A stretch of 64,000 nt of DNA, from assembly GCA_963776245.1 (NCBI GenBank), contig CAVZLN010000006.1:128001-192000 (forward strand). The letters run 5' to 3'. Every line of letters begins with the position of its first letter. The first letter of the stretch is position 1. The position numbers and the translations under genes were made by a program. The notes below the pieces were generated by a model. That model was not told where the DNA came from, did no database searches, and saw only the letters and a program-made list of their open reading frames with translations. This DNA comes from Candidatus Eiseniibacteriota bacterium (GTDB lineage Bacteria > Eisenbacteria > RBG-16-71-46). Positions 50,443-63,490 of this stretch are shown here, piece by piece.

Positions 50443-51814
50443 TCAGTGCGCGACCGCCTCCCCGACGCCGAGCCGCCGCAGCGGCTCCATCATCATCTCC
50501 TGGATCTCCTCGAGCCGCTGCCGGGGTCCGCGCCTCGAAGCGCACCACGACGACCGGCTGCGTGTTCGACGCGCGCACCAGCCCCCAGCCGTCGCCGAAC
50601 TCGACCCGCGCGCCGTCGATGTCGATGACGCGGTAGCGCGACGCGAACTCGCGCTTGAGCACCTCGGGGATCATGAACTTCTTGTCCTCGGCGCAGGCGA
50701 GCCGCGTCTCGGGGGTGGCGAAGTAGTGCGGGATGGAGTCCACCAGTCGCGCGAAGCTCTGCCCCGACGCGGCCACGTAGCGCAGCAGGCGGCCGGCCGC
50801 GAACAGCGCGTCGTCGAAGCCGAAGAAGCCCTCGCTGAAGAACATGTGCCCCGACATCTCGCCCGCGAGCGGCGCGCCCGGTCTCGTGGAGCTGCTCTTG
50901 ATGAGCGAGTGCCCGGTCTTCCACATCACCGGGCGGCCGCCGTGCGCGGCGATGTCCTCGGCCAGCGCCTGCGAGCACTTCACGTCGAAGATGATCTCGG
51001 CCCCCGGCACGCGGTCGAGCACGTCGCGCGCGAACAGCGCCAGCAGCTGGTCGCCGGACACGATGCGCCCGTTCGAGTCCACCGCGCCGATGCGGTCGGC
51101 GTCGCCGTCGAAGCCGATGCCGAGGTCGGCGCCCTGGCGGCCCACCTCGGCGATGCAGGTCCACGAGCAGCGCCGGGCACGGTCGGGTCGGGCAGGTGGT
51201 TCGGGAAGGTGCCCGTCGAGCTCGGCGAACAGCGGGATCACGGTGTGCCCCATCGCCTCGAACACCTGCGGCACCACGGTGCCGGCGCAGCCGTTGCCGC
51301 AGTCCATCACGACCTTCAGGCCGCGCGGGCTCGTCAGCGCTCGATCAGCATCGCGCGGTACTCGTCGAGGATCGGGCGGTCGGAGGCCCCGCCCGTCCCG
51401 CTCTCGAACGTGCCGGACTCGATCATGCGCGATCATCGCCTGGATCTCGGCGCCGAACAGCGGCAGCTTGCGCTTGGTCATCTTGAAGCCGTTGAACTCG
51501 GGCGGATTGTGGCTGCCGGTGATCTGCATGCCGCCGTCCAGCCCGCGCGACGCCACCGCGTAGTAGAGCGCGGGCGTCGGCACCACGCCGACGCGCTCGA
51601 CGGCCAGCCCCGCCGCGCGCATGCCGCGCTCGGCGGCCGCGGCGAGGCGCGGGCTCGACGGGCGCACGTCCCGGCCCAGCGCCACGCGGGTGCCGCCCTC
51701 GCGGCGGATCAGGGTCGCGAACGCGCGGCCGACCGCCTCGGCGGTCTCGTCCGTCAGCTCGGTCTCGTGGTAGCCGCGGATGTCGTACTCGCGGAAGATG
51801 TGGCGCGGGGTCAT
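50443..51814 (-). CDS. Phosphomannomutase/phosphoglucomutase (AlgC-like), with multiple apparent indel errors
   Basis: Motifs [34 protein letters not shown] and [12 protein letters not shown]. Conserved segments such as GTFPNH.PDP sit in shifted frames. Confidence 0.9.
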
Positions 51815-52924
51815 GCGGACTCCTTCCTCTTCAGCCAGGCGTCGATGAACGGGTCGATGTCGCCGTCGAGCACGCGCGTGCACGTCGCCGATCTTGGTCT
51901 CGGTGCGATGGTCGTTCGCCATGGTGTAGGGCTGGAGCACGTACGAGCGGATCTGGCTCCCGAAGTCGATGTCCTTCTTGGGCGCCGGCGAGCGCCTCGG
52001 TCTTGGCGCGCGCCTGCTGCCTCGGTGCAGGCACGAACAGGCGCGACATGAGGATCTTCATGGCGAACGTCGTTGTTGCGGTGCTGGCTGCGCTCGGCCT
52101 GCGACTGCACGACGATGCCGGTCGGCAGGTGGGTGATGCGCACCGCCGACTCGGTCTTGTTGACGTGCTGGCCGCCCGCGCCGCTGGCGCGCATGGTGTC
52201 GACGCGCAGGTCGCCCGGGGCGATCTCGACCTTGATCGTGTCGTCGAGCATCGGCAGCACCGCCACCGACGCGAACGAGGTGTGCCGGCGCTTGGCGGCG
52301 TCGTAGGGCGAGATGCGCACCAGCCGGTGCACGCCGCTCTCGGCCTTGAGGTAGCCGTAGGCGTACTCGCCGTCGATCTCGAGCGTGGCGTCCTTGATGC
52401 CGGCCTCGTCGCCCGGCTGGAGGTCGAGCATCTCGGCCTTGTAGCCATGGCGCTCGGCCCAGCGCAGGTACATGCGCATGAGCATCTCGGCCCAGTCCTG
52501 CGACTCGGTGCCGCCCGCGCCCGGATGGATCGAGACGATGGCGCCGAGCCGGTCGTGCTCGCCCGAGAGCAGGCTGCGCGTCTCGAGCTCGGACGACCTG
52601 GGTCTCGAGCACGCCCATCTCGCGTTCGACCTCGGCCAGCATCTCCTGGTCGCTCTCCGCCTCGGCCAGGTCGAGCAGCTCGGCGAGGTTGGCCGCGGCC
52701 GAGGCGCGCGCGCCGTAGTCGTCGAGCGTGCGCTTCGCCGACTTCAGCGCGGCGACGACACGCTGCGCGTCCTCGTGGCGGTCCCAGAAGCCGGACTCGG
52801 CCATCCGCGCCTCGTAGGCCGCGACGTCGGACGCGTCTTCTCGACGTCAAAGGTACCTCCGCAGCCCGTCGAGGACGGTGCGGGTCTGGTCGAGGCGCTT
52901 GCGGAGTTCGGCGGTGGTCAGCAT
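51811..52924 (-). CDS. prfB: Peptide chain release factor 2 with a programmed +1 frameshift (plus extra artefactual indels)
   Basis: First 25 codons MLTTAELRK...RRYL, then [53 protein letters not shown] and [13 protein letters not shown]. Confidence 0.93.
52846..52860 (-). other. prfB programmed frameshift signal
   Basis: GGAGG-TAC-CTT-TGA-C: internal Shine-Dalgarno 3 nt before the slippery Leu-stop site. Confidence 0.92.
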
Positions 52925-52942
52925 CGCTGGGGGTTCCCTTTC

Positions 52943-53582
52943 CTACGCCCGGCGGCGCGCCACGATGCGCGCCAGTGCGGCGCGCGCCGCGCGCGCCAGA
53001 TCGTCTGCGCTGCCACGGTTGTCGATCACCTCGTCCGCCGCGGCGGCGAACGCGTCGCTGGTGCGCTGGGCGCCGAGCCGGGCGCGCGCCTCGTCGCCGG
53101 TCCAGCCCCGCGCGCGCACCAGTCGCGCGACCAGCTCGTCCTCGGGCGCCGTGACCGCGATCACCGCGTCGCACTCGCCCTCGAACCCCCACTCCAGCAG
53201 CAGGGCCGCGTCCACCACCACCGCGCCACCGTGACCGGCCGCGCGCAGGCGGTTCAGTTCGGCGCGCAGCCGCTCCACGATGCGCGGGTGCGTCAGCGCG
53301 TCGAGCCGCGCGCGCGCCGCCGGATCGGCGAACACGTCCGCGGCGACGCGGCGGCGGTCGAGCGTGCCGTCGGCGCGGTACACCGCGGGGCCGTACTCGG
53401 CGACCAGCGCGCGGCGCACCTCGGGATCCTGGTCGGTGACCGCGTGACCGAGCGCGTCCGCCGAGATGATCGCGGCGCCGTCCGCGGCGAGCTCCCGGGC
53501 CACCCGGCTCTTGCCGCTGCCCGCGCGGCCCACCAATCCGACGATCACCAGCCCGTCGCCCGGATCCGCGCGTCGCGCGCGC

Positions 53583-53593
<11 letters not shown>
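52943..53593 (-). CDS. coaE: Dephospho-CoA kinase
   Basis: VGL.G..GSGKS, I.AD...H, LDR..VA..VF, L.ALTHP and DAALL.E; downstream of polA. Confidence 0.9.
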
Positions 53594-56501
<2,908 letters not shown>

Positions 56502-56507
56502 GCCCGC

Positions 56508-57230
56508 CTACCCCGCGCGCCGGGCGACCAGCAGCTTGTTGACGCGCGGGCCGCGGCCCGCGCCGAGGGCCAGCAGCGCGCGGTCGAGCGCCAGCAGCAT
56601 GCCCGGCACGCGATTCATGAACCGGAACATGCCCAGCTCGCTGTTGAGCAGCACGTGCGTGGGCCGCGGCGGGGCGAGCGTGAGCCCCACGCCCTCGAGC
56701 AGTACGCGGTAGCGGGACAGCGGTCGCATGGTGTTGTGCTCGGCCAGCGGCAGCTCGGAGAAGGTGTCGGTCACCAGCAGCAGGCCGCGCGGCGCCACGG
56801 CCGCGCCGAGATGGCGCACCGCGGCCTCCCAGCGCAGGTCGTCGGTGATGTGATAGAGCACGTCGAACGCGTTCACCAGGTCGTAGCGCTCGGCGATCGG
56901 GGCCTCGCTCACGTCGCCGAGCAGGAACCGGGCCTCGGGGTGGCGCTGGCGGAGGCGCTCCACCGAGGTCGGCGCGATGTCGATCCCGGTCACCCGCGCG
57001 CCGCGCGCGAGGTGGTAGGCGGTGAAGAAGCCGGTGCCGCAGCCCACGTCGAGCACGCTCTTCCCGCGCGGGTCGAAGCCGGCGGCGGCGAGCGCCGCGT
57101 CGAGCACGTCGCCGCGCAGCGCGTAGCACGCGCGGTTGTACGCCAGCGACAGACCGGGCTCGCCGGTGCCGCGCAGGTCGAACTGCTCGCGCAGCCGCTG
57201 GTCCCAGAACTCCCGCGGCTGATAGGTCAC
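56508..57230 (-). CDS. Class I SAM-dependent methyltransferase
   Basis: Motifs VLDVGCGTG, VTGIDIA and FDVLYHI. GTG start coupled to the nadD stop. Confidence 0.85.
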   Translation of the reverse strand: MTYQPREFWDQRLREQFDLRGTGEPGLSLAYNRACYALRGDVLDAALAAAGFDPRGKSVLDVGCGTGFFTAYHLARGARVTGIDIAPTSVERLRQRHPEARFLLGDVSEAPIAERYDLVNAFDVLYHITDDLRWEAAVRHLGAAVAPRGLLLVTDTFSELPLAEHNTMRPLSRYRVLLEGVGLTLAPPRPTHVLLNSELGMFRFMNRVPGMLLALDRALLALGAGRGPRVNKLLVARRAG

Positions 57231-57847
57231 CGGCGGCTCCCCGCGGCGCGCGAGGCGGCGCGGCGTGGCGCGGCGCGGTAGAGCCCGCGGCGCGTGATCA
57301 GGCGCGCGACCGCCTCGGGCACCAGGTAGCCGACCGAGCGTCCGGCGCGCACGCGCGCGCGCAGCGCGCTCGAGGAGACCTCGAGCCCGGGGTTGCCGAG
57401 CCACGCCACGCGCCAGCCGGCGCGCGGGCGGCGGCGCCGCGCGCCCGGCCGCAGCGCCACGGCGAGGGTGGCGAGGCGCGCGATGGCCTCGGGCTCGCGC
57501 CAGCTGTCGAACTCGCGCAGGCTGTCCTCGCCCATCAGCAGGTAGAGCCGCGCGCCCGGGAAACGCGCACGCAGAGCGCGCAGCGTGTCCACGGTGAACG
57601 ACGGGCCGCGGCGCCGCGCCTCGAGCGGCACCACCTCGAACGCGGCGTGCCCGCGGATGGCAGCGCGGGTCATCGCCAGCCGGTCGGCGGGGCTCGAGAG
57701 GTCGGCGCGGTGCTTGTGGGGCGGCGTGCCCGCGGGCACGAACAGCACGCGATCGAGGCGGAGCGCGTCGCGCGCCCATTCCGCCAGCGCCAGGTGCCCG
57801 ACATGCGGGGGATCGAAGGTGCCGCCGAAGACGCCGAGCCGCATCAT
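57227..57847 (-). CDS. nadD: Nicotinate-nucleotide adenylyltransferase
   Basis: Motifs GVFGGTFDPPH.GH, PPHK, SFTVDTL, LMGED....F.SW and VSSS.LR. Confidence 0.93.
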   Translation of the reverse strand: MMRLGVFGGTFDPPHVGHLALAEWARDALRLDRVLFVPAGTPPHKHRADLSSPADRLAMTRAAIRGHAAFEVVPLEARRRGPSFTVDTLRALRARFPGARLYLLMGEDSLREFDSWREPEAIARLATLAVALRPGARRRRPRAGWRVAWLGNPGLEVSSSALRARVRAGRSVGYLVPEAVARLITRRGLYRAAPRRAASRAAGSRR

Positions 57848-58677
57848 GGCGTGGCGCCGGGTTCGCCCTCCGCCTTCGGGATCGGCTTGGGGGGCCGGGT
57901 CGGCTTGATCTTCCCCGCCGCGATGCGACCGCGCTCCTGCGCGGCGCGCGCGGCGAGCGGCGTGCCGGGGAAGCGCGTCTCGAGATCCTGCAGCGTGGCG
58001 ATGCCCTCGTCGCGCTTCCCGTCGCGCGCGTCGCACAGCGCGAGCCCGAGCAGGGCATCGCCGACCAGCGGCGTGTCGCCGTACTCGTCCACGACCTTCT
58101 GGTAGTACATGCGCGCCGGGTGGTTGTAGCGCATCTTCCAGTAGAGGTCCGCGGTGTCGAGGGTCTTCCGGGCCAGCCGCGTGCGCGCCATCACCCGGCG
58201 TTGCACGCCCTCGGCGTGGCGCACGTGGTCGGGGTAGCCGCTCAGGTAGGAATCCCACTGCGTGACGGCCTTCTGGGTGTCCTCCTGGTCGAAGTCCACG
58301 CCGCGGGCGCCGCCCCAGAACGCTTCGCCCAGCAGGAACGAGGCGCTGCCGGCGGAATCGCTCTCGGGGAAGTCGCGCAGCAGCCGCTCGAACTCGGTCT
58401 GGGCGTTGGTGTAGTCCTTCTGCTGCAGGTAGCACACGCCGATCAGGACGATGGCCTCGTCCACCTTCTCCGCGCCGCCGTTGTTCTGGATGTAGGTCTT
58501 GAGCAGCTCGGTGGCGTTGCCCCAGTCGCCCCGCGCCATCAGCCCGCGCGCGGCGGTCAGCCGTTCGGACTCGGAATGCACCTGCGGCAGCGTGGCGGCG
58601 CCGCACCCGGCGAGCGCGAGCGCCGCGAGCAGGGCGACGGCGAGGCGCACCGCGCGCGATCCCGGTCGGGCGCCCAT
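57844..58677 (-). CDS. bamD: Outer-membrane protein assembly factor BamD
   Basis: Lipobox LALAGC; TPRs; F...L.DFP.S, D.DQ..T..A, YP, RLA.K....A..Y and YY..V...Y.DT. Confidence 0.85.
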   Translation of the reverse strand: MGARPGSRAVRLAVALLAALALAGCGAATLPQVHSESERLTAARGLMARGDWGNATELLKTYIQNNGGAEKVDEAIVLIGVCYLQQKDYTNAQTEFERLLRDFPESDSAGSASFLLGEAFWGGARGVDFDQEDTQKAVTQWDSYLSGYPDHVRHAEGVQRRVMARTRLARKTLDTADLYWKMRYNHPARMYYQKVVDEYGDTPLVGDALLGLALCDARDGKRDEGIATLQDLETRFPGTPLAARAAQERGRIAAGKIKPTRPPKPIPKAEGEPGATP

Positions 58678-59426
58678 CACGGGCGGTTCTGGAAGAAGAG
58701 GCCGACCAGCCCGGCCACCACCGCCACCACGATGACCGGCTCGACCACCTTGTCCAGGTTGCGCTGGGGCACCTCGCTCCGCAGGTCGGTGTAGCGCGGG
58801 TCCTCGACCAGCGGCACCGAGCCGCGCGGGAACGCGTCGATCAGGTTGAAGGCCGCGTCGCCGGTCCACAGCACGCGCGCGCTGCGCGGGTCGCGCAGCG
58901 TCAGCGAGCCCTCGACCAGCCCCTGGCGCTCGATCTTCACGCGGCCCGGCAGCCAGCCGACCAGCCGCAGGTAGCTCACGCGCGCGGTGGCGAGCTGGTA
59001 CTCGAGCACCGGGTCGCCGGCGGTGCCGCCGACCGTGGCGAGGCTGTCGTCCGGGATCAGCGAGCGGCGCACCGTCGCGCTCACCCCGCTCCGGGCGAGG
59101 TGCCGCAGGATGGCATGCTCGACCACGAAGTTCAGCGGATGGCTCTCGGCGGGCGCCAGCACGACGTGCCCCCCGGTGTCCACCGGAGCGCCGGCGAGCC
59201 CGCGGTCGAAGGCGGTGTGCGCGACCAGGCTCACCAGCTGCAGGTTGGTGGCCGGCAGGCGCGGGCCGCGGGCGCGCACGATCGGCTGAAGGTCCATCTG
59301 GGAGACCGAGTACGCCGTGTCCGCGGGCGCCTTGGGACCGCTGGCGTAGCGGAACTTCTTGGCCTGGGCTGCCGCCGGGACCAACAGCAGACCCGCCAGC
59401 GCCACGGCAAGCCACGCTCGTATCAC
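58677..59426 (-). CDS. Hypothetical exported protein with a C-terminal membrane anchor
   Basis: Signal peptide (AAAQA) and C-terminal EPVIVVAVVAGLVGLFF; coupled to rimO and bamD. Confidence 0.7.
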   Translation of the reverse strand: MIRAWLAVALAGLLLVPAAAQAKKFRYASGPKAPADTAYSVSQMDLQPIVRARGPRLPATNLQLVSLVAHTAFDRGLAGAPVDTGGHVVLAPAESHPLNFVVEHAILRHLARSGVSATVRRSLIPDDSLATVGGTAGDPVLEYQLATARVSYLRLVGWLPGRVKIERQGLVEGSLTLRDPRSARVLWTGDAAFNLIDAFPRGSVPLVEDPRYTDLRSEVPQRNLDKVVEPVIVVAVVAGLVGLFFQNRP

Positions 59427-60832
59427 GAGGATCCTTTCGACAGGTGCAGGAACGCCGGCTCGGGCCGCTCCACCCGGGCGAACAGATCGTACGCGGTCGC
59501 CCCGGTGATGCGCACCTTCACCAGTGTCCCGGGCTGTAGATGCTCCCCTTCCACCACCACACCGCCGTCCACCTCCCAGGCGGACCCGGCGGTGCGCGCG
59601 GCATACTGGCCGTGTCCGGCCGCTCCGTCAATCAGGACCGGGACCACCTCCCCGATGCGCCGGCGCAGGCGTTCCCGCGACAGGCGCTGCTGGAGGGCCA
59701 GCAGGCGCGCCCGGCGGCTGCGGCGCGCGGCCACCGGCACGCGCGGAGTCATACTATACGATGGGGTCTCGGGTTCCCGTTCGTACGAGAACACCACCAG
59801 ATGGTCGAACCCCTCCTCCTCCAGGTAGCGCTCGAGGGTGGCGAAATGCTCCTCGGTCTCGCCGGGGAAGCCGACGATGAAGTTGGTCCGGAACGACACC
59901 CCGGGGATGCCCGCCTTGATGCGCCGCACCAGCCCGCGGGTCTGCTTCTCGGTCATGGCGCGCCCCATGGTGCGCAGCACGTCCTGGGCGATGTGCTGGA
60001 GCGGCATGTCCACGTACGGCACCACCCGCCGGGCCCGCGCCCAGGTCGCGATCAGCCGGTCGTCCCACAGCCGGGGGTAGGTGTACTGCACCCGGATCCA
60101 GTGCAGGCCCTCCACCGTGTCGAGGGCCTCGAGCAGATCGGCGAGCCCCGGCCTGCCCGGCAGATCGGTGCCATAGCCGGTGGTGTCCTGCCCGATCAGG
60201 TTGAGCTCGCGCACCCCCTGCTTCGCCAGCATCTCGGCTTCCGCCACCACCTCGTCGATCGGACGGCTCCGCTGGTCGCCACGCAGGCGCGGGATGATGC
60301 AGAAGGTGCAGCGGTGGTCGCAGCCCTCGCTGATCTTGAGGTAGGCGAGATGGCGCGGGGTCGAGAGCGCGCGCGGGGTGAGGGCGTCGAGGGCCCCGCC
60401 CGGGTACTCGGTGTTCGCGACGCGCGCCTGGCCGCCGCCGAGCACGTGGGCGGCGGCCTGGATCACCTCGCGCCACTGCCCGGTGCCCAGCACCGCGTCC
60501 ACCTGGGGGAACTCGTCGAGCAGCGACTCACCCTCGCGCTGCGCGAGGCAGCCGGTGACCAGCAGCGCCCGCAGGCGCCCGTCGCGCTTGAGCTGGGCCA
60601 CCGCGGCGATGGCGTCCTTGGACTCGCGCACCGCGCTGGTAAGGAAGGCGCACGTGTTCACCACCGCGACGTCGGCCTCGGCCGGGTCGGCCACCGTGCG
60701 GTAGCCCGCGCCGATGAACAGGCCGAGCATCTTCTCGGAGTCCACCGTGTTCTTCGGACACCCGAGGGTGACGAAGGCCAGGGTGGGCAGCGGGCGCGCG
60801 GGCCGGCGCGCCGGGCGTCGCGTCGGCGTCAC
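59423..60832 (-). CDS. rimO: Ribosomal protein S12 methylthiotransferase RimO
   Basis: LGCPKN.VDSE, VNTCAF, GCLAQR, radical-SAM CDHRCTFC, QDTT.YG and a TRAM domain with EVDG. Confidence 0.93.
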   Translation of the reverse strand: MTPTRRPARRPARPLPTLAFVTLGCPKNTVDSEKMLGLFIGAGYRTVADPAEADVAVVNTCAFLTSAVRESKDAIAAVAQLKRDGRLRALLVTGCLAQREGESLLDEFPQVDAVLGTGQWREVIQAAAHVLGGGQARVANTEYPGGALDALTPRALSTPRHLAYLKISEGCDHRCTFCIIPRLRGDQRSRPIDEVVAEAEMLAKQGVRELNLIGQDTTGYGTDLPGRPGLADLLEALDTVEGLHWIRVQYTYPRLWDDRLIATWARARRVVPYVDMPLQHIAQDVLRTMGRAMTEKQTRGLVRRIKAGIPGVSFRTNFIVGFPGETEEHFATLERYLEEEGFDHLVVFSYEREPETPSYSMTPRVPVAARRSRRARLLALQQRLSRERLRRRIGEVVPVLIDGAAGHGQYAARTAGSAWEVDGGVVVEGEHLQPGTLVKVRITGATAYDLFARVERPEPAFLHLSKGSS

Positions 60833-63117
60833 TCGAACCCCCGGTCCTCCAGCCAATGGTCGTCGACCAGCACGTCACGGGCCTTGCTGCCCTGGAACGG
60901 CCCGACCACGCCGAGGGACTCGAGCTGGTCCATCAGCCGCCCGGCGCGCGAATAGCCCACCTTGAGGCGGCGCTGGAGCAGCGAGGTCGAGCCCTGCTGG
61001 TGGGACACCACCAGCCGCGCCGCCTCCTTGAGCAGCTCGTCGTCGAATCCCTCCTCGCCGCCCTCGGCCTCCTCCTCGGCTTCGATCATCGCCGGTTCGA
61101 CGGCGAGCGGGGCCACCGCCGCCGGGTTGGCCTTGGCGCGCCAGAACTCGACCACGCGCGCGGTCTCCTCCTCGGACACGTAGGCGCCGTGGACGCGGTA
61201 GGGCTCGGGCTTGCCCGCGGGCGTGAACAGCATGTCGCCGTGGCCGAGCAGGTTCTCCGCGCCGTTCATGTCGAGCACGGTGCGCGAGTCGGTCTTGCTC
61301 GCGACCTGGAACGCGATCCGCGACGGGAAGTTGGCCTTGATCACGCCGGTGATCACGTCCACCGACGGCCGCTGGGTCGCGAGCACCAGGTGGATCCCGA
61401 CCGCGCGGGCCATCTGGGCGAGGCGCGCGATCGGCTCCTCGATCTCGGCCGGCGCGGTGAGCATGAGGTCCGCGAGTTCGTCGACCACCACCACGACGAA
61501 CGACAGCCGCTCCGGCAGCGGACCGACCTCGCCGCCGACGCCGGGCGCGGCCGGCACCAGACCCGCCGCGATCTTGTCGTTGTACGCGGCGATGTTGCGC
61601 GCGCCGCAGGTGGCCATGAGCTTGTAGCGCTTCTCCATCTCGGAGACCGCCCAGCGCAGCGCGCGGCTGGCGCGCTTCGCCTCGGTGACCACCGGCATGA
61701 CCAGATGCGGGATGCCGTTGTAGGCCGAGAGCTCGAGCATCTTGGGATCCACCATCACCATCTGCAGCGTGCGCGGGCCGTGCTGGTAGAGCAGCCCGGT
61801 GATGACCGCGTTCAGGCACACGCTCTTGCCCGAACCGGTGGCCCCCGCGATCAGCACGTGCGGCATCCGGGTGAGGTCGGCCACGAATGGCACGCCCACC
61901 ACGTCGACCCCGAGCGGCACCTTGAGCGCGGCATCGCTGCCCTCGTATTGCGGGCTCGACAGCACCTCGCGCAGGTACACGGTGCGGCGGCGGCGGTTCG
62001 GGATCTCCACGCCCACCGCGCCCTTGCCCGGGATGGGCGCGAGGATGCGGATGCGCTGCGCCCGCAGCGCCAGCGCCAGGTCGTCCTCGCGCGAGACGAT
62101 CTGGTTCACCTTCACGCCCGGCGCGGGCTCGAATTCGAACGTGGTCACCACCGGCCCGGGATGGATCTCGGTGACGCGGCCATGGATGTCGAAGTCCGCC
62201 AGCTTCGCGGTGAGCAGGTTCGCCTCGGCGGTGAGGTCGGTGGCGGTGATGAGGTCCTCGGGCTGCGCCGGCATCGACAGGAGAGACAGCGAGGGGAACT
62301 CCTCCACGGTCTCGCCCGCGCCGCCCGCGGCCGCGCCATTGGCGCCCTTCGGCGCGGGTCTGGGCTTCTGGCGCTGGATGCTCGGCAGCCCCAGCGGCAG
62401 CCGCGCCTGGCCCCGGCGCTCCTCCTCGCTCGCGTCCTCGGCGGGCTCGGGCGTCGCGGCCGGTGCCGCGGCGCGCGCCCGCGCGCCCTCCTCGGCCTCC
62501 GCGCGCACCACCCTCGGCTTCGCCCGGGAGCGCGTCTTCTGCGCCTTCTCCCGGCGCTCCTGCCATGCGTCCCATGCGCCCGCCGCGCCGCGCGCCGGGG
62601 TCATGACGGCGCCATGCAGCAGGCGCGCGATCCAGTGGAAGCCCAGTTCGCTCGCGAGCAGCACGGTGACCCCGAACAGCGCGCCCGCCACTATCCACGA
62701 GCCCAGGGGCCCCAGCGCCGAGTGGAGCGCGAGCGCGGCGGCGAAGCCCCAGCCGCCCGCCCACGCCCAGCGGTCGAGGCCGCCGAGTCCGAGCAGGGTG
62801 CACACCTCGAACACCAGCAACACGCCCACCAGCGACGAGATCGCCAGCGGTCGCGGTTCGGCGGCGCGCAGGCGGTTCCACGCCCAGGCAGCGCCGAGCA
62901 CCGGAACGCCGAACGAGGCGAGGCGTCCGAGCGCCCAGGTCAGCCCGAAGGCGAGGGTCGCCCCGACCGGACCGCAGGTGTTGGCCGCGGTCCACGGCGC
63001 GTAACCCGGGAGCGGGGGCTCGAAGGTGGCGAGACTGGCCGCGGTCAGCACCGCGAAGGCGCCGAGCAGCAGGGCGAGGACCTGACGTTGACGGTCGGCG
63101 GAGATGGAGTGGGCCAC
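60829..63117 (-). CDS. ftsK: DNA translocase FtsK
   Basis: 4TM N-domain; PHVLIAGATGSGKS, DPKMLEL, DELADLM, LATQRPSVDVITG and gamma domain S.LQRRLKVGYSRAGRL. Start may be at 63243. Confidence 0.95.
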   Translation of the reverse strand: MAHSISADRQRQVLALLLGAFAVLTAASLATFEPPLPGYAPWTAANTCGPVGATLAFGLTWALGRLASFGVPVLGAAWAWNRLRAAEPRPLAISSLVGVLLVFEVCTLLGLGGLDRWAWAGGWGFAAALALHSALGPLGSWIVAGALFGVTVLLASELGFHWIARLLHGAVMTPARGAAGAWDAWQERREKAQKTRSRAKPRVVRAEAEEGARARAAAPAATPEPAEDASEEERRGQARLPLGLPSIQRQKPRPAPKGANGAAAGGAGETVEEFPSLSLLSMPAQPEDLITATDLTAEANLLTAKLADFDIHGRVTEIHPGPVVTTFEFEPAPGVKVNQIVSREDDLALALRAQRIRILAPIPGKGAVGVEIPNRRRRTVYLREVLSSPQYEGSDAALKVPLGVDVVGVPFVADLTRMPHVLIAGATGSGKSVCLNAVITGLLYQHGPRTLQMVMVDPKMLELSAYNGIPHLVMPVVTEAKRASRALRWAVSEMEKRYKLMATCGARNIAAYNDKIAAGLVPAAPGVGGEVGPLPERLSFVVVVVDELADLMLTAPAEIEEPIARLAQMARAVGIHLVLATQRPSVDVITGVIKANFPSRIAFQVASKTDSRTVLDMNGAENLLGHGDMLFTPAGKPEPYRVHGAYVSEEETARVVEFWRAKANPAAVAPLAVEPAMIEAEEEAEGGEEGFDDELLKEAARLVVSHQQGSTSLLQRRLKVGYSRAGRLMDQLESLGVVGPFQGSKARDVLVDDHWLEDRGFE

Positions 63118-63490
63118 GCGTCTCGGAGGGGATGTCCCGCGGACGATGGACGCGCCGGCGGAGTCCGGTCCGCATCGCGTCCCAAACGGTCCCGGCGGCA
63201 GGACGACGGCGGGTCCGGTCGCCCGCCTCCCTGGCGAGCGCACGGGGGCATTGTCCTACAGGGCGCCGTAGCGGGGCAATGACGGAGATGGAGGCGCCGG
63301 GCAGCGAGTCGAAGGCCGATCCGCGTCGTCAGCCGGCGTCGCGGGACCGTCCGCTTCGGTGCGCTCCTTCCGCGCTATCTCTTGAAGAACTCGATCCAGA
63401 CCCCATGGGTGGACACCGGAGGGACGAGGACGCCCCGGCCGTACGGTCCGTTGTACGGGTCGAAGGACCACCTGCTGTTCGTGGACATGC

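Noticed and set aside
56508..57230. Methyltransferase as the N-methyl-bacillithiol enzyme NmbA
   Set aside because: It is far from the bsh genes and shows only generic SAM-binding motifs.
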